Part shown: positions 8,995-18,494 of the stretch, piece by piece
Numbering within the stretch: position 1 is the first letter of the stretch
How the letters are laid out: every line of letters starts with the position of its first letter
NCBI GenBank assembly: GCA_016187835.1
Contig: JACPIY010000079.1
Span: forward strand, 394 to 64,393
Source: Deltaproteobacteria bacterium
Lineage (GTDB): Bacteria > Desulfobacterota_D > UBA1144 > Nemesobacterales > CSP1-2
Reading direction: 5' to 3'
Length of the DNA stretch: 64,000 nt
The notes under the pieces: generated by a model
Seen by the model: the letters and a program-made list of their open reading frames with translations, nothing else
Databases searched by the model: none
What the model was told of the DNA's origin: nothing
Made by a program: the position numbers and the translations under genes

Positions 8995-9023
8995 TGTAGG
9001 GAATGCAAATTGCATTCCCTACA
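8995..9023. repeat. GTAG-type REP palindrome
   Basis: TGTAGGGAATGCAAATTGCATTCCCTACA. Confidence 0.8.
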
Positions 9024-9155
9024 TCTTAACAAAAATTTCTGAATCTACTATTTTTTCAGATTATTCGGGTTATAATTTTTTGTATTCGAAAGAAACTAGC
9101 CGGCACGTGAAAACCTAAACATAGCTTTTAAGAATAAAATTAAAAGGAGCCTAGA

Positions 9156-9461
9156 ATGACAAAAGGGGAGCTTCTAGAGGAGTTTGAGCACGTTGTGAGT
9201 GATTTTATAAAGGCACATGCAGACGAGCTAAAGCAGAACGTTAATTGGGGGAAAATGCCAAACGGAATGCTTTTCGGTATTGCCGATATAAGTTCAAATG
9301 ATTTTGTTGTAACTCTGCTAAGAAGTTTTAGAGATAGCGGCGCGAGAATAATTGATAGCGGCCGCTGGGAACCATTTCCAAATTTTGGATTCCCTATTAA
9401 TTGGCCACTAGACAAACTCCATGCCGAAGAAATCGTTGATTGGAATGCCGAGCTAGGCTGA
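9156..9461 (+). CDS. Hypothetical protein
   Basis: 101 aa ORF with AAGGAG SD. Confidence 0.6.
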   Translation: MTKGELLEEFEHVVSDFIKAHADELKQNVNWGKMPNGMLFGIADISSNDFVVTLLRSFRDSGARIIDSGRWEPFPNFGFPINWPLDKLHAEEIVDWNAELG

Positions 9462-9607
9462 AATTAGAAGAACCTGATTATTGTTTCTTCCTGATTTGGT
9501 CGATAATTAAAGAGCCAGTTATTAAGCTTTGGGTTTTTAAACCAATACCAGCACCTAAGGTCTAACACCAGAATTCAATATATTGTGCCATTTCGTGGCC
9601 GGGAAAT

Positions 9608-10180
9608 TTATTTCTTCTTTATCCTCTCTATATAAGTTCCCGTTCTCGTATCTACTTTTATCACATCTCCAACGTCAACAAAAAGAGGCACGGAGATCGT
9701 TGATCCGGTTTCAAGTGTTGCAGGCTTAGTTGTATTTGATACGGTATCACCTTTTATGCCAGGTTCAGTTTCGGTTACTTGAAGTTCTACAGTTGTGGGT
9801 AAATCAACGCCAATCGGCTCGTCTTTATAAAAAAAGATATTAACTTCCTGCTGCTCTTTCAGAAACCTTGCCACATCTCCAATCTGCTTTCCGTTAAAGC
9901 CAAGCTGTTCGTAGGTTTCCGAGTCCATAAAGTAATACCCTATTCTATCTTTGTAAAGAAACTGCATAGTTTTTCTCTCAATATCAGGTATGTTAAACGT
10001 CTCACCGGATCGAAAGTTCATTTCCTGAACTGCGCCTGTGATTACGTTTCTGAGCTTTGTCTTTACTACAGGGCCTCGCTGAGCAACCTTTGAATGATGG
10101 TATTCTATAACTTCCCAAATCTGCCCCTCAAGCTCAATTTTGAGTCCCTTATAAAAGCCACTCGTATCAACAACTGCCAT
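9608..10180 (-). CDS. efp: Elongation factor P with a non-canonical loop tip
   Basis: QFLY, TEPGIKGDT, KPATLETG, VPLFV, VDTRTGTYIER. Confidence 0.95.
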   Translation of the reverse strand: MAVVDTSGFYKGLKIELEGQIWEVIEYHHSKVAQRGPVVKTKLRNVITGAVQEMNFRSGETFNIPDIERKTMQFLYKDRIGYYFMDSETYEQLGFNGKQIGDVARFLKEQQEVNIFFYKDEPIGVDLPTTVELQVTETEPGIKGDTVSNTTKPATLETGSTISVPLFVDVGDVIKVDTRTGTYIERIKKK

Positions 10181-10183
10181 TCG

Positions 10184-10615
10184 TTAATGCCTCCTCTCGG
10201 ATAATTTTCTTCTCCACCATTCGCTGTGTTTTTTTTCATCAAATATAATGAGATTCAATATCTCCTGGTCATCCCTATTTCTACAGACGGTGGATGCGGC
10301 CTTCAGGAATAATCTTTCCATTTCTTCTCCCATCTGCATGAAAAAACACGTTCCTCTCCACCCTAAAACTGTAGCCGCTTTACCAATGGTTTCACCAAAT
10401 CTCTCAGCTATTTCTCCACCCTTTTTAGGCGTCTCAATTCCCAATTCATCGAGCCTCTTTACAGTCATCATAGTGTGTTTCCCTTCTTCCCTCATAAACT
10501 CCTCTATCTTTATTAGTCTGTCCTGTACTAAATAGAGATTTGATACGGATTCGTAAACGCCTATTGTTACCCTTTTTGAAATATAGATGAGCTTGAGTAC
10601 ATACCCCTTCTTCAT
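10184..10615 (-). CDS. Ferritin-like (Coq7-like) di-iron carboxylate protein
   Basis: Two ExxH motifs (EEGKH, DEKKH) with four-helix-bundle spacing. Confidence 0.6.
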   Translation of the reverse strand: MKKGYVLKLIYISKRVTIGVYESVSNLYLVQDRLIKIEEFMREEGKHTMMTVKRLDELGIETPKKGGEIAERFGETIGKAATVLGWRGTCFFMQMGEEMERLFLKAASTVCRNRDDQEILNLIIFDEKKHSEWWRRKLSERRH

Positions 10616-10800
10616 TTTTCTTCATCTATTTCATTCAGTTGTTTTAGATTTTCATCTAATATTGGCTCTTCGGGAACCCTAAACCTCTCTGATGCCCAGG
10701 CACCGAGATCTAAGAGCTTGCATCTTTCTGAGCAAAAAGGTCTCCATTCCTTTCTTTCCCACTGGACTAATTTTGCGCATCTTGGGCACGTTACCTGCAT
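10612..10800 (-). CDS. yacG: DNA gyrase inhibitor YacG
   Basis: CPRC...[19 protein letters not shown]; start re-assigned to MQVTCP. Confidence 0.92.
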   Translation of the reverse strand: MQVTCPRCAKLVQWERKEWRPFCSERCKLLDLGAWASERFRVPEEPILDENLKQLNEIDEEK

Positions 10801-10876
10801 ATATCTTGAATTATGGCTAAGGCAATAGGACAAATCAAGTGGCGGTGAACCCCGGGCCCGTCTACGATGACTGGTC

Positions 10877-11530
10877 TTACTTCAGTGGCAATTTAATTTC
10901 ACTTAAATCCAATCCTGTGATTCTCTTAAGTTCCCTTTCCGCTTCTTTAAGTCTTTTTTCTCTGAGAAGCCGAGGGATACTAGACATTGCAACTTGAGTA
11001 TATATATGCTTTCTCTTCTCAGCAGAAATATCGCGGAACTTTTTTCTTATGCGCCCCAGGATTTCCGTAAAAGCCTCATACTCTTCTCCAAAAGCATTCT
11101 CAAGCTCTATACTCAGCCTCCGTGAAAGTGCGGGACTTTTTCCACTTGTAGAAACGGTGAGCATAAATTCCCCCCGTCTCAACACTCCGGGGACGGTAAA
11201 ATCAGAGAGGCCCGGAGCGCTCACAACATTCACCAGAATACCAAGTCTTCTTGCTTCTTCTCCAACCTGGCGGTTTACTTTGCGACTGCTTGTTGACGCT
11301 ACCACCAGGTATGCTCCTCTTAAGTCCCCAGGTTTATAAGCTCTTTTTATGTATTTGATAACTCTTTTATCAGAGAGTTCCTTTAGCGCGGGGACAAGCT
11401 GTGGACTAATAACTTTAACATTTGCACCGCATTCAAGAAGCCCCAGCACCTTCCTTTCTGCAACCCTTCCTCCCCCCACAACTACACATTTTTTCCCCTA
11501 TAAATTCAGATTGACAGGATATTGCTTCAT
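10877..11530 (-). CDS. sirC: Precorrin-2 dehydrogenase/sirohydrochlorin ferrochelatase (SirC/Met8/CysG-N) with an in-frame TAG at codon 11
   Basis: [37 protein letters not shown] overlaps the gmhA stop (TAATG); TAG at 11498-11500. Confidence 0.85.
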
Positions 11531-12120
11531 TATTTAGAGGTATCTTTCTTATTATTACAAACCGCATCCTCGATCAATTCACATATAATATGGGCAACCG
11601 TAATATGCAGCTCCTGAACCCTTGGCGTCGATGTAGAAGGCACGTTAATACAACAGTCAACAATCTTATTTATCTTTCCTGCATCCCCTCCGGTAAACCC
11701 TATGGTTTTAAGCCCCTCTGATTTTGCGAACTCAAGTGCCTTTACAATATTTGGGGATTTTGCGCTTGTTGAAATTCCCCATGCAACATCCACTTTTTTC
11801 CCAAGGGCTTCAATCTGTCTCAAGAATATATTATCAAAGGATGTATCGTTGCCTATTGATGTAAGAATTGAACTATCAGTAGTAAGTGCAATTGCAGGAA
11901 GTGCCTTACGCTCCTTCTGGTAGCGATTCACAAACTCCGCCGCAATGTGCTGGGCATCGGCCGCACTTCCACCGTTTCCAAAAATTAATATCTTCCCGCC
12001 TGCTTTGAGTGATTTATGGATAATATTTGTTGCTTCTGCTATTTCTTTTATAGACTCTTTTGCAAATCGAAGTTTTAGCTCCGCACTCTCCCTCAGTTTT
12101 GAAATTATTTGCTCTTTCAT
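11530..12120 (-). CDS. gmhA: D-sedoheptulose-7-phosphate isomerase
   Basis: GNGGSAADAQH.AAE, LPAIAL, GND, PRVQE.H. Confidence 0.95.
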   Translation of the reverse strand: MKEQIISKLRESAELKLRFAKESIKEIAEATNIIHKSLKAGGKILIFGNGGSAADAQHIAAEFVNRYQKERKALPAIALTTDSSILTSIGNDTSFDNIFLRQIEALGKKVDVAWGISTSAKSPNIVKALEFAKSEGLKTIGFTGGDAGKINKIVDCCINVPSTSTPRVQELHITVAHIICELIEDAVCNNKKDTSK

Positions 12121-12123
12121 AGA

Positions 12124-13947
12124 CTATGATCTCTTAAACATTTTCTCGAGTGCCTGAAACGTAATTTCGCTTGCCACTGGCCTTCCATGAGGACAGGAAT
12201 GTGGAAACTCGGCGCGGTCTAGCTCTTCTAAAAGTGCCCTCATTTTTTCCTGATTGAGTTCCTGACTTGCCCGAACCGAGGAATGACAGGCAATTGTGCA
12301 AATTACATGATCAATATCCTCTTCAAGACTCTTTCCCTCGCCCAGCATTACAATCTCTCCTAACACATCCTTTACAAGCCTTTCTACATCCGCATTCTTA
12401 AGTATCGAAGGAATTGATCTTATAAGGAATGAATCCTTTCCAAATTCTTCAAGCTTTATTCCCAGATTTTCTATCTCCTGCTTATGCTTCTCCAGCAGCT
12501 TGGCTTCATAAGGGGATAGTTCGATCGTTAGTGGAATAAGGAGTTCCTGTTTCACAAGACCGTCCTGTTTTGCATAAGCGTTTTTTAGTTTCTCGTAATT
12601 GACCCTTTCGTGTGCAGCATGCTGGTCAATAAGAATCATGCCCTTTTTTGATGCACAGATTATATAAAGCTTTCCTAGTTGTCCAATTATCTCGAGCTCG
12701 GAGAAAAAGCCCTCTTTTTTGAAAAGATAAGGAGATGTCGTCTCGTGTGAATCAGAAAGGCTCTCAACAATTGTGGAGGATGGTTCATCCACTCGTAATT
12801 CGCTAGTAGTTATGTTTTTTAAAGGTTCATTTTCTTGTTCGTATGAATAATGAGATGAGAAAGAAGCCTTCTTTGGTCCGTCTAAGCGTATAGGCTCAAA
12901 AGATGCCCTTCTTTCAAAAAACCCCTGGACTGCATTTTCAATCCTTTGATGATAGCCTTTTATCCAGGGAGACTGTCTTAACATATCAAACACCGAAGCT
13001 TTTATCAAATCCCCTACGAGTTTAGTTCTTTTAAACCTCACCTCGTTTTTTGTTGGATGGACGTTTACGTCAACTTCCTCGGATGGGATATCTATAAAGA
13101 GAACTCCCTGTGGAAATTTCCCCCTTTCAATTAACTTTCCGTATGAATCGATCATCATCCGTGTAAGAAACCTGTCCCTTACCGCCCTCAAATTAACGTA
13201 GGCGTAGAGCTTCTGCGTGGTGGATCTTGTATCCCCAGGATTGCTCATAAATCCGTAAACCTTAATTCCCTCGGATTCCGCCTCAACTTCAAAAAGCTCT
13301 ACGTCAGGGAAAATTCCAGATAACCTTTCCTCGATTGCCTTCCTCTGGGGTAATTGAATTAAGGTCTCTCCTTCGTGTAATACTTCAAATCCCACACCGG
13401 GACGAGAGAGGGCTTCTCTTTGAACAATATCAAGGACGTTTGTAAGCTCGGTTTCCGTTGTTTTCATAAATTTTAGCCTAGCAGGAGTATTATAGAAAAG
13501 ATTCCCTACCTCAACGGTTGTTCCCTGAGGACACCCTGTTTCTTCGACGCCTTTTATTGTTCCGCCCTCCACTAAAATCCTGACTCCAGCGATTTCGTCT
13601 TTTGTCCTTGTTGTAAGTCTAAACCTGGAAACGCTCGCAATGCTTGGAAGCGCCTCCCCCCGAAACCCAAGCGTTCTTATTGAAAAAAGATCCTTTATAT
13701 CTCTGATTCTGCTAGTGGCGTGACGTTCAAGAGAAAGAAGCGCATCGTCCCTTGTCATACCATCACCATTATCTGAAACGCCTATCAGTTTTTTCCCGCC
13801 TGTTCTAAGTTCTATCTGTATCAATGTGCTTCCTGCATCAAGAGAGTTTTCAAGAAGTTCTTTTACGACAGATGCGGGTCTTTCCACTATTTCCCCGGCC
13901 GCGATTTTGGAGACAAGTTGATCAGTAAGAATTCTAATCTTTCCCAT
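12124..13947 (-). CDS. mutL: DNA mismatch repair endonuclease MutL
   Basis: IAAGE..ERPASVVKEL.ENS.DAG, GFRGEAL, DQHAAHER, ACH, CPHGRP. Confidence 0.97.
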   Translation of the reverse strand: MGKIRILTDQLVSKIAAGEIVERPASVVKELLENSLDAGSTLIQIELRTGGKKLIGVSDNGDGMTRDDALLSLERHATSRIRDIKDLFSIRTLGFRGEALPSIASVSRFRLTTRTKDEIAGVRILVEGGTIKGVEETGCPQGTTVEVGNLFYNTPARLKFMKTTETELTNVLDIVQREALSRPGVGFEVLHEGETLIQLPQRKAIEERLSGIFPDVELFEVEAESEGIKVYGFMSNPGDTRSTTQKLYAYVNLRAVRDRFLTRMMIDSYGKLIERGKFPQGVLFIDIPSEEVDVNVHPTKNEVRFKRTKLVGDLIKASVFDMLRQSPWIKGYHQRIENAVQGFFERRASFEPIRLDGPKKASFSSHYSYEQENEPLKNITTSELRVDEPSSTIVESLSDSHETTSPYLFKKEGFFSELEIIGQLGKLYIICASKKGMILIDQHAAHERVNYEKLKNAYAKQDGLVKQELLIPLTIELSPYEAKLLEKHKQEIENLGIKLEEFGKDSFLIRSIPSILKNADVERLVKDVLGEIVMLGEGKSLEEDIDHVICTIACHSSVRASQELNQEKMRALLEELDRAEFPHSCPHGRPVASEITFQALEKMFKRS

Positions 13948-14056
13948 TTCTCAAGAAGCCAGTTTACATAAAGGGAGAAGCGGAGTCAAAATGGGATTTG
14001 AGCGGCTATATTTCTGTTTACGACTACAGAAGGTTATACAGTTAAGCACACATTGA

Positions 14057-14405
14057 CTATGTTTTCTTCTGGGCTTTCCCCTTTGCAGGTTTAGATTTCT
14101 TAGCTCTGCTCTTTGTTCCGGTTTTGAGCGCTGATATGAATGAATCTATAGAAATCGCTGCGAGCGTCATTATCTCCACCGTGCCTCGGGAACATAAATC
14201 CACAGAGACCTTGCTTATGGTTTCGTTATCCGGTGCATCAACTATGTTTATGAAATCGTAGAGACCGAGCGTTGCATATTGGTCAATCACCTTTACACCC
14301 ATTTTTTTCCAATTCCTTATCTACCTCTTTTATTCTTCCCGGCCTCTCCTTTATTGTTTTTCTTCCATCGGGTGTAAGTTTACTTAGTAATATATAAGTA
14401 CCCAT
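14057..14405 (-). pseudogene. GYD-domain protein frameshifted in an A7 run (possibly an assembly error)
   Basis: ATG 14405 (AAGGAGG SD) gives MGTYILLSKLTPDGRKTIKERPGRIKEVDKELEK, which joins MGVKVIDQYATLGLYD only if the run at 14302-14308 is A6. Confidence 0.8.
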
Positions 14406-14594
14406 AATATCCCTCCTTAAAATCTATATTTAGCCCTTAATTACTCTTATACCATTTTTTATCACTATTAATCAAGAGCTTTTAAGTATTAATAATGCTA
14501 ATTAATACAAAGCATGAGGAAATAATGGACAGAGCGCTACTATTTTAACTCCTATAATGTATAATCTTATTCAAATCCAGATGGGGGAGCAACG

Positions 14595-16229
14595 ATGAAG
14601 TATAAATTACTATGGGACAATATCACTCTCGGAATTAACAAGTTGCCAAATAACTCCTTAGTTGTTTTATTTGCCGCTTTTTGTTTAGTTGGGGGGTTTA
14701 CATTATTCGCAGATGCTTTGCCTAAAGCTGAATCTCCCAAGGATGTAATTGAGGTTAAGGATTTTAAGTGGAGATCGGGCGGTATGGGTATGGCTGGCAT
14801 AATTAAAGAGATAACTCTCGACAACAAAGGTAAGATGACATACAAAAACATAGAGATAGAAGTAGAGCTATACACGAATAACGATATACCGCTTGGCTCT
14901 TTAAGGTCTACTATTCACAACGTTCTTGAAGGTGGGAGCGAGAAAACCTTTTATAACGTTAACTTTGGAATCATGCATTCGGAGCTAGAAAAAACCGCCT
15001 TTAGAGTGACTGGAGCAGAGTTAGTGGAAAAGGGACCTCCCAGTCTTCCAAAAGACCTAATTCTCGTAAAAAACTGGGAGTGGTCAGGTGCTCAATACGG
15101 TACCGAAGGTATCCTCAAAGAAATCACTCTCGAGAATAGAAGTGATAGGAATTATAAAGACATAAAAATAATGGTAGGAAATTTAGGCGTGGGCGATTCC
15201 AATAAAGTTGGTTATGATGGTTACACCAGTAGAGCCGTAATCCACGATGTCCTTCCTGCAAAGAGTACAAAAACGTTTAAAGATATAAACGTTGGATTCA
15301 AACACCCTGCCACGAAGGAAAGCTATATCAGTGTTATAGATGCAAAACTCATATCCGCTAAAGAGCTCAGATACCGCCTGTCCGAAAAGGGTGTACGGGT
15401 AAAAAAGAAAACAAAGAAGGTAGCCAAGAAAACCGGTGGAGAAACAAGTGGTGAGACTGCTGAAAATGAATCCCAACTATCAGAAAAGACAGTTAGCGAG
15501 GAAGAGTCAAAGCTAACGCTTGCTGAGAGATATAGACAGAAGCTCTCTCAAAAGACGGAAGAAACATCAACACCTCAATCTCCTGAAACTGCCGAATCTT
15601 CCGGTGAGATACCCAAAGAAACCGAGTCTCAAGAGAAAGAAGTTCCCTCTACATCCTCTGAGAAAGAAACTGCCGAAGATATCGAATCCGAGGAAGGGTC
15701 CTCTTCCGAAGATGGAATTATCGGGAAAGTCTCTAAATTGGGAAAGAGCATAGTAGGAATATTTAAAGACGATTCCGAGGAAATCGAAGAAGAAGCAGAA
15801 GAAGCCGAAACTTCCACTTCAGAGAGAGAAGAGTCCTCTCGAGGAGATGCCGAGGTTTCATCTACTGAGGGAGAAACAACTACAGTTCTTGAAATTCCTG
15901 AAGAGGAAGAAGAGGAAGAGGTTGCCATTCCTAAGGACGACATTATTGTAAAGGACTTTAAGTGGGGAGGGGGTGTGACCGGAACTATAGGTACACTCGA
16001 GGAGATCACGCTTGAAAATAGAAGTGGTATTAATTATAGAAACATTCAACTTGCTGTAGAATTCTTTGGGGGATCAGATAGAAGGCCTCTCGGTTCCAAC
16101 AAGATTACAATCTACGGTTCTCTTCCTGCAAATAGCGAAAAGGTATTTCGGAACGTAAAGATTGGGTTTTTAAATTCTATTCCTGAAGATGTAGTCATAA
16201 GAGCTGTAGATGCTACCGCTGTAATGTGA
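14595..16229 (+). CDS. Exported protein with three repeated FxLYD-like beta domains and an acidic low-complexity linker
   Basis: Repeats of VKDFKW..G...G.(I/L).EITL(D/E)N....Y.(N/D)I at about aa 50, 155 and 450; N-terminal TM/signal; E/S/T-rich spacer. Confidence 0.75.
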   Translation: MKYKLLWDNITLGINKLPNNSLVVLFAAFCLVGGFTLFADALPKAESPKDVIEVKDFKWRSGGMGMAGIIKEITLDNKGKMTYKNIEIEVELYTNNDIPLGSLRSTIHNVLEGGSEKTFYNVNFGIMHSELEKTAFRVTGAELVEKGPPSLPKDLILVKNWEWSGAQYGTEGILKEITLENRSDRNYKDIKIMVGNLGVGDSNKVGYDGYTSRAVIHDVLPAKSTKTFKDINVGFKHPATKESYISVIDAKLISAKELRYRLSEKGVRVKKKTKKVAKKTGGETSGETAENESQLSEKTVSEEESKLTLAERYRQKLSQKTEETSTPQSPETAESSGEIPKETESQEKEVPSTSSEKETAEDIESEEGSSSEDGIIGKVSKLGKSIVGIFKDDSEEIEEEAEEAETSTSEREESSRGDAEVSSTEGETTTVLEIPEEEEEEEVAIPKDDIIVKDFKWGGGVTGTIGTLEEITLENRSGINYRNIQLAVEFFGGSDRRPLGSNKITIYGSLPANSEKVFRNVKIGFLNSIPEDVVIRAVDATAVM

Positions 16230-16256
16230 CAACTTAATGATATTGATCTATTTTAT

Positions 16257-17909
16257 ATGGAGAAAAGAAAAGAGAATAAAAAGCTCGATTTCCTGAGCGA
16301 CTTATTCGAGTACTCACTAAGAAATGACTTTGTGGATACCATAAGTTATCTAGGTATCAACTCAGACTGTTTAATCCCCAACTTGTCTCTTTTTGTTTCG
16401 GTGGATTTAGAGGCCGAAGAGTGTCTTGTATTTGCGCATAGAAAAGTCAAAAAGAGCTATTTATCATCCATTTTAGAGAACATCAGAGAAGTCGCATTAA
16501 ATAACTCGTTGGTTTTAGAATTGTCGGAATACAAAACAAGGATTCTACCTCAAGAAGAATTTATAGGCACGGAGGGTCCCAATCAGCCAAACTTCACCTT
16601 TACAGTCCCAATATTTGCAGGAGGCAAATCAAGGGCATTTCTCAGCTTCTCAAAAAGTGGCTACCTCGGTCCTGACACGAACGACGTTTCTTATATCAAC
16701 TTGATAGTGGATTTCCTTTCCGCACTTTGGGAGCGTGAAGCAAAGGAAATCTTGGAGAGACAAAATATCGAAAAACTCGCACTTGTAGACCCTCTTACAG
16801 GGGTTTTCAACCGTCGTGCTTTTCAGAAATTGTTTTCTCAAGACTTATCAGAAGCAAAAAGAAACGGCACCCCACTTAGCCTCGTAGTGTTTGACATAGA
16901 TGGATTCAAAGAAATAAACGATTCTCATGGTCACTCTTTTGGCGATATGATCCTCAAGCGAATAACGTCTGAGTTTAAAAAGCTGCTAAGAGAAGAGGAT
17001 AAAATGTTTAGACTCGGCGGAGATGAATTCGCAGTACTTATGAAAGCGGATAAAGAAGTGACATATTCAGTAATCCACAGAATTGTAAAGGGAATCTCAA
17101 ATATTAGAACTATTAGAATTACTCTAAGCGGAGGCATCGTTGAGATAAATCCTTATAATGGAGTCAGTGTTGATGATTTGATGAGACAGGCTGACAAGAC
17201 TCTATATCTTGCAAAGGAAAGCGGTAGGAATCAGATTCTATTCTATGAGGATGAGAAATCAAAAATCAAATCTGATGGACTTCTTTTGGATAAAACGGTT
17301 GAACGTCTTTCAGACGATATTAATCTCAAGCTCAAAGAGCTTGCCACTGAGCAACTAGCCTCTATTTATTCATCTCTGACTAAAATAGATAAATCCATTT
17401 ATGAAAAACCTAACAGTGTTTCAAAATATGCAATCAGCTTGGGAAAAGAATTAAACCTACCTGAAAATAGGCTTCAAAATCTCAAACTAGGTGCTTTCCT
17501 TTACGATATTGGCATGATAACTGTACCGGAGAGTATAATACTTAAAAATACGAATCTCTCTCACGAAGAATACGAGTTAATCAGACATCATACAATAATA
17601 GGAGGAAGAATGATCCAGCGATTCCCAATTCTGCGTGAAGTTCTTGCCATAGCGCTCTACCACCACGAATGGATCAACGGCAAAGGATATCCCTTTGGAC
17701 TCACTGGAGATTATATACCGCTTGAAGCAAGGGTAATTGCTGTAGCAGATGCCTTTTATGCTATGCATAGCAACCGCCCCTACCGCTCTGCCCTTTCAAA
17801 AGAGGAGTCAATTTCAGAAATAATAAAAGGGAGAGGTATAAAATACGACTCCCTAGTGGTTGAAGCATTTCTTGCATTGATTGAAAGAAAAATAATAGCC
17901 CCAGATTAA
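16257..17909 (+). CDS. Diguanylate cyclase (GGDEF) fused to a degenerate HD-GYP domain
   Basis: DPLTG..NRR, DIDGFK.IND..GH, REED I-site, RLGGDEF; HD replaced by YD (LYDIG); HHEWINGKGYP. Confidence 0.9.
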   Translation: MEKRKENKKLDFLSDLFEYSLRNDFVDTISYLGINSDCLIPNLSLFVSVDLEAEECLVFAHRKVKKSYLSSILENIREVALNNSLVLELSEYKTRILPQEEFIGTEGPNQPNFTFTVPIFAGGKSRAFLSFSKSGYLGPDTNDVSYINLIVDFLSALWEREAKEILERQNIEKLALVDPLTGVFNRRAFQKLFSQDLSEAKRNGTPLSLVVFDIDGFKEINDSHGHSFGDMILKRITSEFKKLLREEDKMFRLGGDEFAVLMKADKEVTYSVIHRIVKGISNIRTIRITLSGGIVEINPYNGVSVDDLMRQADKTLYLAKESGRNQILFYEDEKSKIKSDGLLLDKTVERLSDDINLKLKELATEQLASIYSSLTKIDKSIYEKPNSVSKYAISLGKELNLPENRLQNLKLGAFLYDIGMITVPESIILKNTNLSHEEYELIRHHTIIGGRMIQRFPILREVLAIALYHHEWINGKGYPFGLTGDYIPLEARVIAVADAFYAMHSNRPYRSALSKEESISEIIKGRGIKYDSLVVEAFLALIERKIIAPD

Positions 17910-17962
17910 TGCTACTAAATATTAACCGAAATAGACTGCCACTCGCTGCAATCGAGCTTCAA

Positions 17963-18037
17963 TGGTGGGCGGTACTGGATTTGAACCAGCGACTTCCACC
18001 GTGTGAGGATGGCACTCTACCGCTGAGTTAACCGCCC
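17963..18037 (-). tRNA. tRNA-Val (anticodon CAC)
   Basis: Minus strand GGGCGGTTAACTCAGCGGTAGAGTGCCATCCT-CAC-ACGGTGGAAGTCGCTGGTTCAAATCCAGTACCGCCCACCA; cloverleaf with encoded CCA. Confidence 0.97.
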
Positions 18038-18105
18038 TGATTCCTATTTATATTTGAGAAAAATAATTACAAACCCTTTCCGCTTCCCCATCCCAGGGAT
18101 AAATC

Positions 18106-18336
18106 TCAAAACTCTTCTTCAACAGTAATAAGCTTTTCGGCCTCTTCTATAATTTCACCTAGCCTTTCTCTAAAAAGCTTGATTCCACCAAGCGGAATTA
18201 CAATGCAGGATCTTCCACCACTCAGTTCCGTTATTCTGAGGTACTTTCCTTTGTGGTTTTCTTTTACATCAAAGAAAAACCTCTTAGACTCGATATCCAC
18301 GTGTTTACTTACGTGCTCTTTCTCTGGCTTTTCCAT
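18106..18336 (-). CDS. Single-repeat PUR-family ssDNA/RNA-binding protein
   Basis: ESKRFFFDVKEN.KGKYLRITE....RS.IVIP matches a PUR repeat; GGAGG SD. Confidence 0.85.
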   Translation of the reverse strand: MEKPEKEHVSKHVDIESKRFFFDVKENHKGKYLRITELSGGRSCIVIPLGGIKLFRERLGEIIEEAEKLITVEEEF

Positions 18337-18494
18337 CTTTAATTCTACCTCCGCCTCTTTCCTTCTTTCAGGGGATTCTATCCTTCTGGGTAGGAAATAA
18401 TAACCCTATGCTCTGAAAAAATCAAGAAAAAAAAGCAATCATGATTTATATTATGTATAATAGCAATTAACCGAAGAAAAAAGGAGGTAAAGAG

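Noticed and set aside
15629..16009. Ser-rich antisense ORF and the many other short ORF-track calls overlapping long genes
   Set aside because: They are shadows of well-supported genes on the opposite strand or in another frame, with no SD or motif support
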